Assembly: GCF_006345805.1 (NCBI RefSeq)
Contig: NC_043012.1
Coordinates: 39,370,001-39,434,000 of the forward strand
Source of the DNA: Octopus sinensis
Taxonomy: Eukaryota
Reading direction: 5' to 3'
Length of the DNA stretch: 64,000 nt
Below the pieces are notes generated by a model. It searched no databases and was not told where the DNA came from. It saw only the letters and a program-made list of their open reading frames with translations. The position numbers and the translations under genes were made by a program. Positions within the stretch are counted from its first letter, which is position 1. Each line of letters begins with the position of its first letter. This document shows, piece after piece, positions 13,480-25,730 of this stretch.

Positions 13480-14100
13480 ATTTCGTCCGTTTTTACGTTC
13501 TGAGTTCAAATTCCGCTGTGTCAACTTTGCCTTTCAATATTTCGGAGTCGATAAAATAAGCACCAGTTGAACACTGGGGTCGATGTAATCGATACACCCC
13601 CTCCCCAAACTTGCTGCCCTTGTGGCAAAATTTGAAACCGTTATTATTATTATTATCATTAATATTATCATTTAAGGCGACGAGCTGACAGGGCAAAAGC
13701 TTAGTGGAATTTCGTCTGCCACTACGTTTTGAGTTCAAATTCCGCCGAGATCGACTTTGCCTTTCATCCTTTCGGGGTCGATAAATTAAGTACCAGTTGC
13801 GTACTGGGGTCGATGTAATCGACAATCTTCTCCCCCAAAATGGTTACTCTTGTGACAAAATTTGAAACCATTATTATTTTTTTTTTTTAAGGCACGAGCT
13901 GGCAGAATCGTTAGCACGCTGGACGAAATGCTTAGCGGCATTTCGTCTGCAGCTTTTTTCTGAGTTCAAATTGCACCGGTGTCGACTTTACCTTTCATCT
14001 TTTCGGGGTCGCTAAACTAAGTACCAGTTAAACACTGGTGTCGATGTAATCGACTATTTCCCTCCCCCAAAAAATTCAGACCTTGTGCCTATAATAGAAA
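13480..14100 (+). mobile_element. Three tandem copies of SINE family B
   Basis: Three repeats of gttctgagttcaaattccgc...gtcgactttgcctttca...gtcgataaa...accagtt...ctggggtcgatgtaatcgac (about 13480-13640, 13672-13870, 13890-14100), separated by (att)n-type tails. Confidence 0.9.
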
Positions 14101-14103
14101 GGA

Positions 14104-14148
<45 letters not shown>

Positions 14149-14907
14149 ATATTATTATGTTTTTTTTTACTACTACTACTACTATAGAAAAAGGAAACGT
14201 TAGAATAGATTTGTAGTTAACTAGAATTAAGTACGCTCTTCCATAGAAGCAATGGAACATAAGCGAAGTTGTGCATCTAAAGAGACAATAATAACGTTTG
14301 GCATAAACGTGGTTATAAATTGATTTCATATAAACGTTAATGGCTCATACGATGATGTAAGCTCAAAGAATTTACTTGGGAGAATGAAATTTAAGTACTG
14401 AGTACTCTATAACTCAGATGTGAAGTTATGTACTGAACTTTCATTTAATGGCACGAGGAGGTCGTTGTAATCGATTCTTGTCTTTAACTACCATGTCTTT
14501 AAAATATTACAAGACCATTTTATATTAGTTGCACAGTATGACATCTTTCTACACTATACCTGAAGTAATACTTCCTTTTCCCTACACTACCGGGTCAAAT
14601 ATGGTTTGAATCACATGATCTCTTCTAAATACTAACTGCGCTTTGCTTTTATTGGGTGCAATCAATGCTATTGTAAACATTACATTGTTTATTTAGATCC
14701 ACATTTTGACATTTTGAGTTCAAATCAAGCTGGCGTTAGTCTTGCGTTCCTGACTTTTCTATCTCTACCACCAATAAATATTTGGGATATATTGATGAAA
14801 CCAGATTTATTCTACCATAATAAAATTGTCATTATTGTTGCTGATATTATTACAATTATTAAGGCGACGAGCTGGCAGAATTGTTAACATGCCTGTGTTT
14901 AAATATG

Positions 14908-15069
14908 CGTAGGAGTGGCTTGTGGTAAGTAGCTTGCTTACGAACCACATGGTTCCGGGTTCAGTACCACTGCTTGGCACCTTGGACAAGTATCTTCTAC
15001 CATAGCCTCGGGCCGACCAAAGCCTTGTGAGTGGATTTGGTCGACGGAAAGAAGCCCGTCGTATATATG

Positions 15070-15102
<33 letters not shown>

Positions 15103-15315
15103 TTGTGTGTCAGTATTTGTCCCCCCAACATCGCTTGACAACCGCTGTTGGTGTGTTTACGTCCCCGCAACGTAGCTGTTCGGCAAAAGAGACCGATAGA
15201 ATAAGTACTAGACTTACAAAGAATAAGTTCTGGGGTCGATTTGCTCGACTAAAGGCGGTACTCCAGCATGGCCACAGTCAAATGACGAAAATAAGTAAAA
15301 GCGTAAAGAGAGAGT
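14908..15315 (+). mobile_element. SINE family A, near full length
   Basis: Head aggagtggcttgtggtaagtagcttgc with ccgggttcagtacc, internal (TA)(TG) repeat, taaaag-repeat tail. Confidence 0.9.
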
Positions 15316-16679
15316 ATGCCAGACAAAATACTTGGGTTCAATAAAATAAGAACGAGTCAAGAATTGGCGGGGGGGGGGGGCTGTAACCAACTTCTTCCTC
15401 CCATCAGAAGTAGGTGGCCCTGTGCTTTGTAATTCTTGCCAAGGCGCCGAAAAGGGCAGAATCATTATCACACCGGAGAAAATGGTTCGCGGCATTTCGT
15501 CAGTAATTACATTCTGTGTTCAAGTGCTGCCGAGGTCGTCTTTGCTTTTCATCACTTCGGAGTTGATAAAATAAGTACCAGTTGAGCATTGGAGTCGATG
15601 TAGTTGGTTATCGCCCTCATCCAAAATTTTAAACTCTGTGCCTATAACCGAAAGTATTCTGATAATTGCCAAGGCGGTCTGATTACAAATTTCAGAAGTC
15701 ATCATTACCTTTCATCATTCCAAGCGAAGAAACATGTATCACAGGAACATGGGGTCGATGTAATCGATTAATTACCAATCCAAACAAAACGAATAAATAA
15801 ACAAATAAAGCCTTGTGCCCGGTGCCGGATTTACCATTGTGCTTAGGTATACTTAGGTACAGGGCCCCGTTGACCAGGAGGTGGGGCATCTTCTTGTCCA
15901 AAGAATTTTATACGAGGGATTTTTCAAATGTCAAACGTTCAAATATTTTCCCTAAAAGTTATAAAAGTGAAATGAATAATGTGAGCGCCTTTACACGTTA
16001 TTTTACACGTTATTTTTAACATAACAAGGCCTGGTAAGGATCGTCATATGTAAGGGCCCCCAAAGTAAAGGGCCTCATAACTTAACTAGTACATGACCTC
16101 CTTTGTCCTAAATCCTGAATGAATTATTCCTAACACTGTAGATAAATAGGAACATAATAAAGCGGAAACAGAGAATCGGCAAATTCTTCCCAGCATGACT
16201 GACATCACAGTGTCCCAATGAGGAAGCCATGAATTTCACAGCTTCATGTTGTATTAATTTTCTATGTGAATTAATGCCTGATGCCGTTTTAACAAATCAC
16301 TGTTTATTTTAATTACAGTTTTCAACAAATATTATTTAATGACAGGAAATGCTCGCATAATATGCAGTTAGTGATGCAATTATTAGACATACGGAAACAT
16401 GTATATGTATAGAAACGCATACATATATATGTGTGTGTGTGTATGACTGTAAACACATACACAGGCGCGCATATGGCGTTGATGTGACTATATGCATATC
16501 ATTGATTGCATATGTGTATAATTATAGATGCACGTGATAATTAGTGCGTGTACCTGTGTGTAATGTACGACGTAGTTTCATTGGTTTCTCGACAGGGTTC
16601 CAATTTTGCCGAAAATATTCAACGTTTGTAATTAGCTTAGCACAACACTCAAGCAAACAGACATGAATGTAGATAGACA

Positions 16680-17342
16680 TGTATGCATCTGCATAGTATA
16701 TGTATGTATATGTATGTATATGTATGTATATGTATGTATATGTATGTATATGATTATATATATATGTGTATATGTATGTATATATGTGTATAAGTATATG
16801 TATGTATATGCATGTATATATATGTATGTGTATATATATATATATATGTATGTGTGTGTATGTATATATATATATGTATATCTGTGTGTATATATATACA
16901 TATGTATCTGTGTGTATGTGTAAATGTATGTATATGTGTATACATGTATATGTTTAGATGTATGTATATGCATATGTGTTTATATGTATGTATACTCATG
17001 TGTGTGCCTATGTATATATGTATGTGTATATATGTGTGGATATATTTGTATATATATGCCTATATATGTGTGTGTATATACGTATGTGTGCGTATATATA
17101 TATGTCTATATGAGTGTGCATATCTATATATGTCTAAATGTGTGTGCATGTGTGTGTATATCTATATATGTCTAAATGTGTGTGCATTTGTGTGTATATA
17201 TATATGTCTATATGGTGTATATATGTATATATGTGTGTGTATATATGGTAGTGTATATATATATATGTATATGTATATATTTGTGTGTGTATGTATATGT
17301 GTATATATATATATATGTGCGTGCGTGTGTATATACGTATAT
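16680..17342. repeat. Long compound (TA)/(TG)/(TATG) microsatellite
   Basis: About 660 bp made almost entirely of alternating purine-pyrimidine units. Source of many spurious Y/I/C/V ORFs. Confidence 0.95.
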
Positions 17343-17668
17343 GTAGGCGCAGGAGTAGCTGTGTTAATAGAGGCACCTTGGGCAAGTGTCTTCTACTATA
17401 GTCTCGGGCCGACCGAAGTCGTGTGAGTTGATAGACAGAAACTAAAAGAAGCTCGTCGAATATATGTATATATATATATATACATGTGGGTGTATATGTT
17501 TGTGTGTCTATGTTTGTCCCCCTAACATCGCTTGATAACTGATGTTGGTGCGTTCACCTCCCCGGTTCGGCAAAAGAGAGCGATAGAATAAGGCTTACAA
17601 AGTATAAGACCTGGGGTCGATTTGCTCGACTAAAGGAGGTGCTCCATCATGGCCGCAGTAAAAGAGTA
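17343..17668 (+). mobile_element. SINE family A with deleted head
   Basis: gcaggagtagctgtg joins directly to ggcaccttgggcaagtgtcttctactatag, then the standard body and an agtaaaagagta tail. Confidence 0.85.
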
Positions 17669-17689
17669 TATGTGTGTATATTTATGTAT

Positions 17690-18597
17690 ATAGATATATA
17701 TATGTGTGTGCGTGTGTATATATATGTACATATATATGTGTGTCTATATAATTATATATATATGTGTGTATATATATGTATATATATATGTGTGTGTATG
17801 TATATGTATATATATGTGTGTGTATATATATGTATATATATGTGTATATACATGTATATATATGTGTGTATATATATGTATATATGTATATATGTGTGTA
17901 TATATGTATATATGTATATATGTATATATGTATATATGTATATATATATGTATGTATATCTGTATGTGTATATATATAACACATGCAGACTGTCCCATAC
18001 ATTTACACGTGTGTGTGTGTGTGCACGTGTACCTATGTAACTGTATGCGTAAATTCATAGACATAATGTTGTGTGTGTGTGTCTGTGCACGCGTTCATAT
18101 TATAGAAACATGGCTGGATCTGGACAAATAGATATGTATATCCAAATCGATATGCCTGGTGAAGACAATGTTTCCGAAATGTGTTCCATGCAGTTTATAC
18201 GTGCAGATCTTTCTATCTTGCTTTTTGTGAAATTAAATGTGCATCAGAATGCATCAGAATGCATCAGAATGCATCAGAATGCATATGAATGCATCAGAAT
18301 GCATCAGAATGCATCAGAATGCATATGAATGCGTATTTGTGCAGCTATGTTTATGTGCTTGCACATTTGTGCATCTCTATATATTACGTGTTTGTATACA
18401 TACTTGTATACATACATACATGTGTGTATATTTTTCCATGCATATGTGTAGGTCTTAAGGTATACGGCAATATATATATATATATATATACTTATACGTG
18501 CATACGTAAGTACATATATGCATATGTATCCATATTACACGCGTAGGCGTACATAGTTATGGGTACTATCATGATTTTAGATGTGTTTGTGTGTGGG

Positions 18598-18628
<31 letters not shown>

Positions 18629-19894
18629 ATATATGCGTAAGTACATATCTATATTTATGTGTGTGTGTGTGTGTGTCTGCAGATAACTATACTTAGACAA
18701 ACATATATGGATATGATCGCAATATATACATCTACATCCTGGTATACATTTATATATGTCGGTATACATATATTCACACATACACACGCATACATATATA
18801 CATATGTATATGTGAAAATACATATTATCATATATATATATATATGTAAACACGCATACATACGAACATATATTTAGATATAATTAGACACGCACACACA
18901 CACTCATATTAACCTCTCTCTCTCTCTCATATTAACCTCTCTCTCTCTCTCATATTAACCGATTTATGTATACATATGCATGTCTTGTTAGCTTTTGGTC
19001 TTCGCCCTTTATGTGCGTTTGTCTGTGATATATATATGTGTGTGCGTGTGTATATATATGTACATATATATGTGTGTCTATATAATTATATATATATGTG
19101 TGTATATATATGTATATATATGTGTGTGTATATATATGTATATATATATGTGTGTGTATATATATGTATGTATATATGTGTGTGTATATATATATGTATA
19201 TATATGTGTATATACATGTATATATATGTGTGTATATATATGTATATATGTATATATGTGTGTATATATGTATATATGTATATATGTATATATATATGTA
19301 TGTATATCTGTATGTGTATATATATATACACATGCAGACTGTCCCATACATTTACACGTGTGTGTGTGTGTGCACGTGTACCTATGTAACTGTATGCGTA
19401 AATTCATAGACATAATGTTGTGTGTGTGTGTCTGTGCACGCGTTCATATTATAGAAACATGGCTGGATCTGGACAAATAGATATGTATATCCAAATCGAT
19501 ATGCCTGGTGAAGACAATGTTTCCGAAATGTGTTTCATGCAGTTTATACGTGCAGATCTTTCTATCTTGCTTTTTGTGAAATTGAATGTGCATCAGAATG
19601 CATCAGAATGCATCAGAATGCATATGAATGCGTATTTGTGCAGCTATGTTTATGTGCTTGCACATTTGTGCATCTCTATATATTACGTGTTTGTATACAT
19701 ACTTGTATACATACATACATGTGTGTATATTTTTCCATGCATATGTGTAGGTCTTAAGGTATACGGCAATATATATATATATATATATACTTATACGTGC
19801 ATACGTAAGTACATATATGCATATGTATCCATATTACACGCATAGGCGTACATAGTTATGGGTACTATCATGATTTTAGATGTGTTTGTGTGTG

Positions 19895-19937
<43 letters not shown>

Positions 19938-20345
19938 ATATATGCGTAAGTACATATCTATATTTATGTGTGTGTGTGTGTGTCTGCAGATAACTATACT
20001 TAGACAAACATATATGGATATGATCGCAATATATACATCTACATCCTGGTATACATTTATATATGTCGGTATACATATATTCACACATACACACGCATAC
20101 ATATATACATATGTATATGTGAAAATACATACTATCATATATATATATATATGTAAACACGCATACATACGAACATATATTAGATATAATTAGACACGCA
20201 CACACACACTCATATTAACCTCTCTCTCTCTCATATTAACTCTCTCTCTCTCTCTCTCTCATATTAACCGATTTATGTATACATATGCATGTCTTGTTAG
20301 CTTTTGGTTCTTCGCCCTTTATGTGCGTTTGTCTGTGATATATAT
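17690..20345. repeat. Near-identical direct tandem duplication of a ~1.3 kb unit
   Basis: Unique anchors recur: catgcagactgtcccatac at ~17982 and ~19332, attaaccgatttatgtatac at ~18953 and ~20263. The copies differ by a few substitutions and by microsatellite lengths. Confidence 0.95.
18241..18330. repeat. (GCATCAGAAT)n decamer minisatellite
   Basis: Nine 10-bp units, two of them the gcatatgaat variant. The duplicate copy at 19590-19629 has four units. Confidence 0.95.
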
Positions 20346-20565
20346 GTGTGTGGTGTGTGTGTGTGCCTGAGTTTGTGCGGGCGTACGGGCGTATGCACAC
20401 ATACGTATACATACATTCATATATACAGTTTGAGAGTATGAGAAGGATTAAGATGACGCAATGAAATGATTGTTGGCTTGTGTAAGTGCGTACGTATATG
20501 TATATATATATATATATATAGATATATATATATATAATATATATATATATATAATATATATATAT

Positions 20566-20604
<39 letters not shown>

Positions 20605-21838
20605 CACACACACATGCACATATACACGCACACACACGAATCCGTGTATTTGGTTCGCCATCTATTTTAAGTCGTTGGCATATTGAATTTAGTAAGCAAT
20701 TTAATATGTAAATATTAAATATATTGATTTCTAGAAATATGTTGCTGTTTCAAAACTGAATATATGGCATGTAAGATGGGAAATTATCGGCAAAATAAGG
20801 TTGTACAGCAGCAGCAGTAGTAGTAGTAGTATTACTAGTAGTAGTAGTTTGTATAATGATAGTTTAATGTTTTGTGACGCTGAATGAAAGATTGAGGTGA
20901 AATATTGGCAGTGAGACGAGAAAAGGTTGCGCCCGTTGAGTAACGTTGCGTGTGTTTGCACGTATGTTTGTGTGTGTGAAGTCTGCTTGCATTTTGTGGT
21001 ATATATATATAAATATTTATGATTATCTTTTTAAAGGCGAAACAACGGAAGTTATAAAAGTTAATTATAAAGGTCGATGCATCGTATTTTACCTGATATT
21101 TCAGGTTAAGGAAACCTACTTTAGAAAATCAACGAAGAATGCCTTATCTCCGAATATTTCCCGGAGAAGGTGTCCTTTGCCCGAAATATTGAAATACCAG
21201 GTAAAATTACAAACTATTAAACTTTATTATTAATTTATATAAATTGCGCGATTGAATTTTGAGATTGTCATCTCATAAGATGAATGTGATCCTGTGATGT
21301 GTTATTCTGGAATTTTGCCTCGTGATTCCGATCCTTCAGCAAACAAAGAAGTAGACATCAAGCGATTGCTGTTTCAGGAATTGTTAACAGATCGATGAAC
21401 CTGGCCGCCCCGAAACAGACCGTGTGCGTGTTTGTTTGTGTATGTGGTCTTGTGGATTGTTCCTGGTGGTAAGAATTTAACATGTCAGTCATTGGATAGT
21501 GTCCACTGTTGTATAACTGCATCAGAAAACTTCAAGAGGATCAAATAAATCTGGCAGTTGTAGGCGATGCATCTATCTAGGTTTGTATACGTATTTATAT
21601 ATGTTTTGTGTTTGTGTGTGCGTTTAGTTGTGTGGATAGATATATCCTCCTGTAAATCAAAGGGTGAGCTTTATCATATATTGTGCTACGCTGACAACTG
21701 CATTAAAAAAATCCATGTCTGTGAACTGCTCAAAGACTTGCACTCTGATCTCACAAGGATACTGTTCGGTTGGTTGTACCATCGGGAGCATTCGTTGTCG
21801 TAACCGACGGAGAGCGGTAAACTATATTCGAGCACATA

Positions 21839-22065
21839 GGTGAGCTGGCAGAAACATTAGCACGTCGGGCGAAATGCGTAGCCGTATTTCGTCTGCCGCT
21901 AAGTTCTGAGTTCAAATTCCACCGAGGTCGATTTTGCCTTTCATCCTTTCGGGGTCGATAAATTAAGTACCAGTTACGCACTGGGTCGATATAATCGACT
22001 TAATCCGTTTGTCTGTCCTTGTTTGTCTCCTCTATGTTTAACCTCTTGTGGGTAGTAAAGAAATA
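21839..22065 (+). mobile_element. SINE family B with 16-bp target-site duplication
   Basis: Complete head ggtgagctggcagaaacattagc through the long tail. tatattcgagcacata is present perfectly at 21823-21838 and 22066-22081. Confidence 0.95.
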
Positions 22066-22235
22066 TATATTCGAGCACATACAAATCTGCAGGCGTGAAC
22101 ATACGCACGCACGCGCACGCACACACACAAACATACACACGCGCGCGCGCACGCACACACACACACATATATACTCTTACTCTTTTACTTGTTTCAGTCA
22201 TTGACCACACAGCCACTCTTACGCATATATATATA

Positions 22236-23023
22236 TGCGAAGTCTGATAAAAAAGTATCCGGACTGTTGCTATAGTAACGAAGTTAGAGCACGCAGTGCA
22301 ACTGCTTGGCAAAGATTGACGTTGACCTCCGCTGTGCATGCGCAGTAAGTTTTAACGTTCTAGATCACTTCCGATATTTACAGCAGTGCTTGGAAGGAAT
22401 GTTTGGCGTGTGATTGTTGCATTGACCATGACAGAGAAAGTTGCCATGGCGATACCTGCTTATAGAGGCCTTGTATGGAGAGTAGTGTATGAGCCGTGCA
22501 AAAGTATATGACTGGCTCAGATGTTTCTAAGATGGCCGAAAATGTTGGTATTGACGAATGTTCTGGGAGACCTACAACCAGCAGAGCTGAGAAAAACGTC
22601 GCAGATGTGCGGGCGAGTTTGAGGGGAAATAATCCAATCGCTATCCATGAGTTATCAGAGGATGTGCAGATAAGTTACCGTTACAATTCAGTCCATTATC
22701 ACTGAAGATTTTGGTATGAGACGCGTGTCTGCCAAGTTCGTACCCAAACTGCTTTCAGCTGACCAAAAAGACTCTCGGGTTTCAGTTGTGCAAAATCTCC
22801 TTGATTGTGTGGGGAACGATGAAAACTGCTTTGGCTTCGGACATCGGCCAGCATCGATCATACGCTACACACCTTCCTTCTAAGCAGCATTGTAAACAGC
22901 GGAAGTGAGAAAATATGTTAAAACTTAATGCACAAACACAGCAGAGTTCAATGGCAATCTCTGCCCAGCGGCTTTACTCTCGGTGCTTTAGCTTCGTTAC
23001 TATAGCAACAGTCCGGATACTTA
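22236..23023 (+). mobile_element. Mariner-family DNA transposon remnant (composite, see findings)
   Basis: Inverted terminal block agtatccggactgttgctatagtaacgaag at both ends. Disrupted transposase N-terminus: MTEKV...YGE*CMSRAKVYDWLRCF*DGR...SGRPTTSRAEKNVADVRASL...SIITEDFGMRRVSAKFVPKLLSADQK (mariner HTH region and WVPHEL-like motif). Confidence 0.92.
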
Positions 23024-23939
23024 TATATGTATATATATATATATACACATTATATAGTTTTGTGTGTTTATGCCTACGTGTAGACAGAATTCATGGTAAT
23101 CACAGCTGGACATTTGAATCTTATCATGATTAGACAATAAATATGTTTACACAAATTAACAGTATAATTACTATTTAATTAAATAAGCTCGTTGATCTAC
23201 CACGATATAATTGTTAAGTTTCGTTAAACCTAAAGCAAAATTATGGAGTAACGATATGTAATCGGGTTTATTAACTTTGATCCATAAATATATTATTACA
23301 CATAAAAGCGCACTTATGCCATGACCATGTCAGACGTCACGTAGTGGCTCTAACTTACTCTGTGTGTGCGTGTGTATATATGTGTGTGTGTGTGTGTGTA
23401 GAAGCTTAACAGTATCTTACTGTAATGTATCATTTGCCCCACCTCTACCCAAAATTTAATTTCTTGTAAATAAACCTTGACCGATATATATGCGTGTGTG
23501 TAATACTCTCACACACATGCATTCATATTTTGGTATATTATTTTTATATACACCCACACATATACATTACATAATGTGTGTGTGTTGGTTCGAACAGGAA
23601 AATACAAATCAAAATATACGTATATTCTTATTAACATTTAGCAGAAGTAACATGGTGTCTCAAGCTCCAACAGTTTCGTGATAATTGCCAACGCACGAAA
23701 CTCTCTGACTCTGAGTCACTCTGTAAATACTGGTACATATATGTGTGTGTAAAATGAAAGAAAATTGACAGCCATATTTTTATAGCTTCTATGAACACAA
23801 AGAAATGTTTGTAGTATGTAGTATATCTCTATAACGTTAATGACATCAGGTGGCCAAATACTGTGAATGCGATTTAAACAGCATACTACAAGTTATATAC
23901 CCGAATAGAAAATTATTATATATTTTGTCTTCTTTTGGA

Positions 23940-24245
23940 AAGCAATCATTACTGGGGCACCGCCTTCAATATTGCAGAAAATAACTATTTTTTAAGCTTG
24001 CTATTCTATTGTACTTTTTCGTCGAACTGTCGAACGTCTAAGTCATGGGGACATAATCCGACACACACGCACGCACTCGCATATGATGGGCTTCTTTCAG
24101 TTTCCAGTAGCTTCTGTCAGTTTTCATGTACCAGATCCACTCACAAGGCTATAGTCGAAGATTCTTCAGCAAAGTGCCATGAGGTGGGATACAACTGGGA
24201 GCCATGTAAATGGGAAGAAAATATCTTACCACACAGCTACGCCTT
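23940..24245 (-). mobile_element. Degenerate SINE family A
   Basis: ctggggcaccgccttcaa, gatgggcttctttcagtttcc, ccactcacaaggct and cttaccacacagctacgcc landmarks occur in the expected order. Confidence 0.7.
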
Positions 24246-24798
24246 TCAATACATCTTCTATGTATGTCTACCTTCCCATCTTTCCGTAGGCAGACAGATA
24301 GACAGACAGACAGGTAGGTAGGTAGGTAGGTAGACAATTAAAAATAGAAGCGGAAGACACGATACAGATATTATTGAGACGACGTAGACAGATGAAAGAG
24401 ATCGTTAACAATAAACAAATGCACAAGCTAGCGAGCGGTGAATGGCACACATAGAAACCAATACAGACCCACGTATATATAATTGAAGACGTGATACACC
24501 TGTCGTTTTCTTTTTTTTTTTTTTTTGGCAACTAATTAAAACTATCGGAATTAAATTATTTGATGTTCTTCCAGAATAATAAAAGAAAATTTCAAATGAA
24601 CACCAATGAAATTCACCTGCACTAATTCTCTCATTTTCAGAACGCACACGCGCGAGAACCCGCCGCCTCACGCACAAGGCGCTTTCTGTGTACATCTCAT
24701 TCACACAATTGAACGTGTGCGGGTTTATATATATATTCCAACATAACTGCGCATGCATATGTAAATATATGTACACGCGCATATAATATATATATATA

Positions 24799-25106
24799 CT
24801 AGCAGTATCGCCCGGCGTTGCTTGGGTTTGTAAGTGAAATAACTATATAAGCATTTTTAGAAAGTTACTTCCCTTATATAATAGCAAAAAAAATGCATTA
24901 AAATGGGAAAAAATGATAGTAAATTTTTTTTTAAATCATAGACTCATCGTAGACGCGCGCTAATACCCAGAAGGGCTCGATATGAATCACGACTATAAGA
25001 TACCCGCTTTTGGTTAAACTGCACTGCAAAATGTGGGAGTAGTTAGGAATCTAAATCGTAGGAGACAGACACACAGTCACTCACACAACTTCACTTTTAT
25101 ATATAA

Positions 25107-25109
<3 letters not shown>
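24799..25109 (-). mobile_element. Non-autonomous Helitron (311 bp)
   Basis: The minus strand begins A|TCtttatatataaaa and ends cccaagcaacgccgggcgatactgCTAG|T. This gives 5'-TC, a GC-rich subterminal hairpin, 3'-CTAG and insertion into an AT dinucleotide with no TSD, the standard Helitron signature. Confidence 0.9.
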
Positions 25110-25150
<41 letters not shown>

Positions 25151-25360
25151 TGGGTAAATAAGTATAATTCGATTAGTGTGTTTAAATGTTGAGTAGAGCA
25201 CCGGCATAATTTAGGCTACATCTTGTCATCCGCAGTTGTGGTACGCTTCCGTTGGATCTACTTCAGGAACTTTACCTGAAGAGACCCAGAGTGATGGATT
25301 GAAACATATGTTGTCTAATACGAAATTCATCTATTAATTAATACTATATATATATATACA

Positions 25361-25658
25361 TATCACCGTGATCACCGTGACCGACTAGGCTATCAAATGT
25401 TGCTACACATCGCTGGTCACAATGCGCTTCGCATTGTTTTAGCCTTCAAATGACGTCACCCCCCTGGCTAAGCGAGCAGGCCAACAGAAGAAAGAGTGAA
25501 AGAAAGTTGTGGCGAAAGAGTACAGCAGGGATCGCCACCACCCTCTGCCGGAGCCTCGCGAATCTTTAGGTGTTTTCGCTCACTAAACACTCACAATGCC
25601 CTGTCAGGGAATCGAAACCGCGAACCTACGACCGCGAGTCCGCTGCCATAACCACTGA

Positions 25659-25660
<2 letters not shown>
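25361..25660 (-). mobile_element. tRNA-derived SINE type E (head/body as C and D, third tail type)
   Basis: Minus strand has ggttatggcagcggactcgcggtcgtaggttcgcggtttcgattccc and the shared body. The tail ends ggtcacggtgatcacggtgat. Confidence 0.85.
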
Positions 25661-25722
<62 letters not shown>

Positions 25723-25730
25723 TCATACAT

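Noticed and set aside
18241-18330. Regular 10-bp repeats superficially like a CRISPR array
   Set aside because: Head-to-tail units with no unique spacers, in eukaryotic context, and no cas genes.
16632-20661. Dozens of 60-200 aa ORFs rich in Y/I/C/V/H/T (also at 35105-38251 and 58303-62153)
   Set aside because: They are translations of TA/TG/CA microsatellites, which lack stop codons in some frames. Not genes.
21279-21398. Open frame DECDPVMCYSGILPRDSDPSANKEVDIKRLLFQELLTDR*
   Set aside because: It looks protein-like but is out of phase with the adjacent 96-nt candidate exon, and I recognise no homology.
23643-23723. Possible 81-nt phase-1 exon (xEVTWCLKLQQFRDNCQRTKLSDSESL)
   Set aside because: Only moderate splice signals, competing readings on both strands, and no homology.
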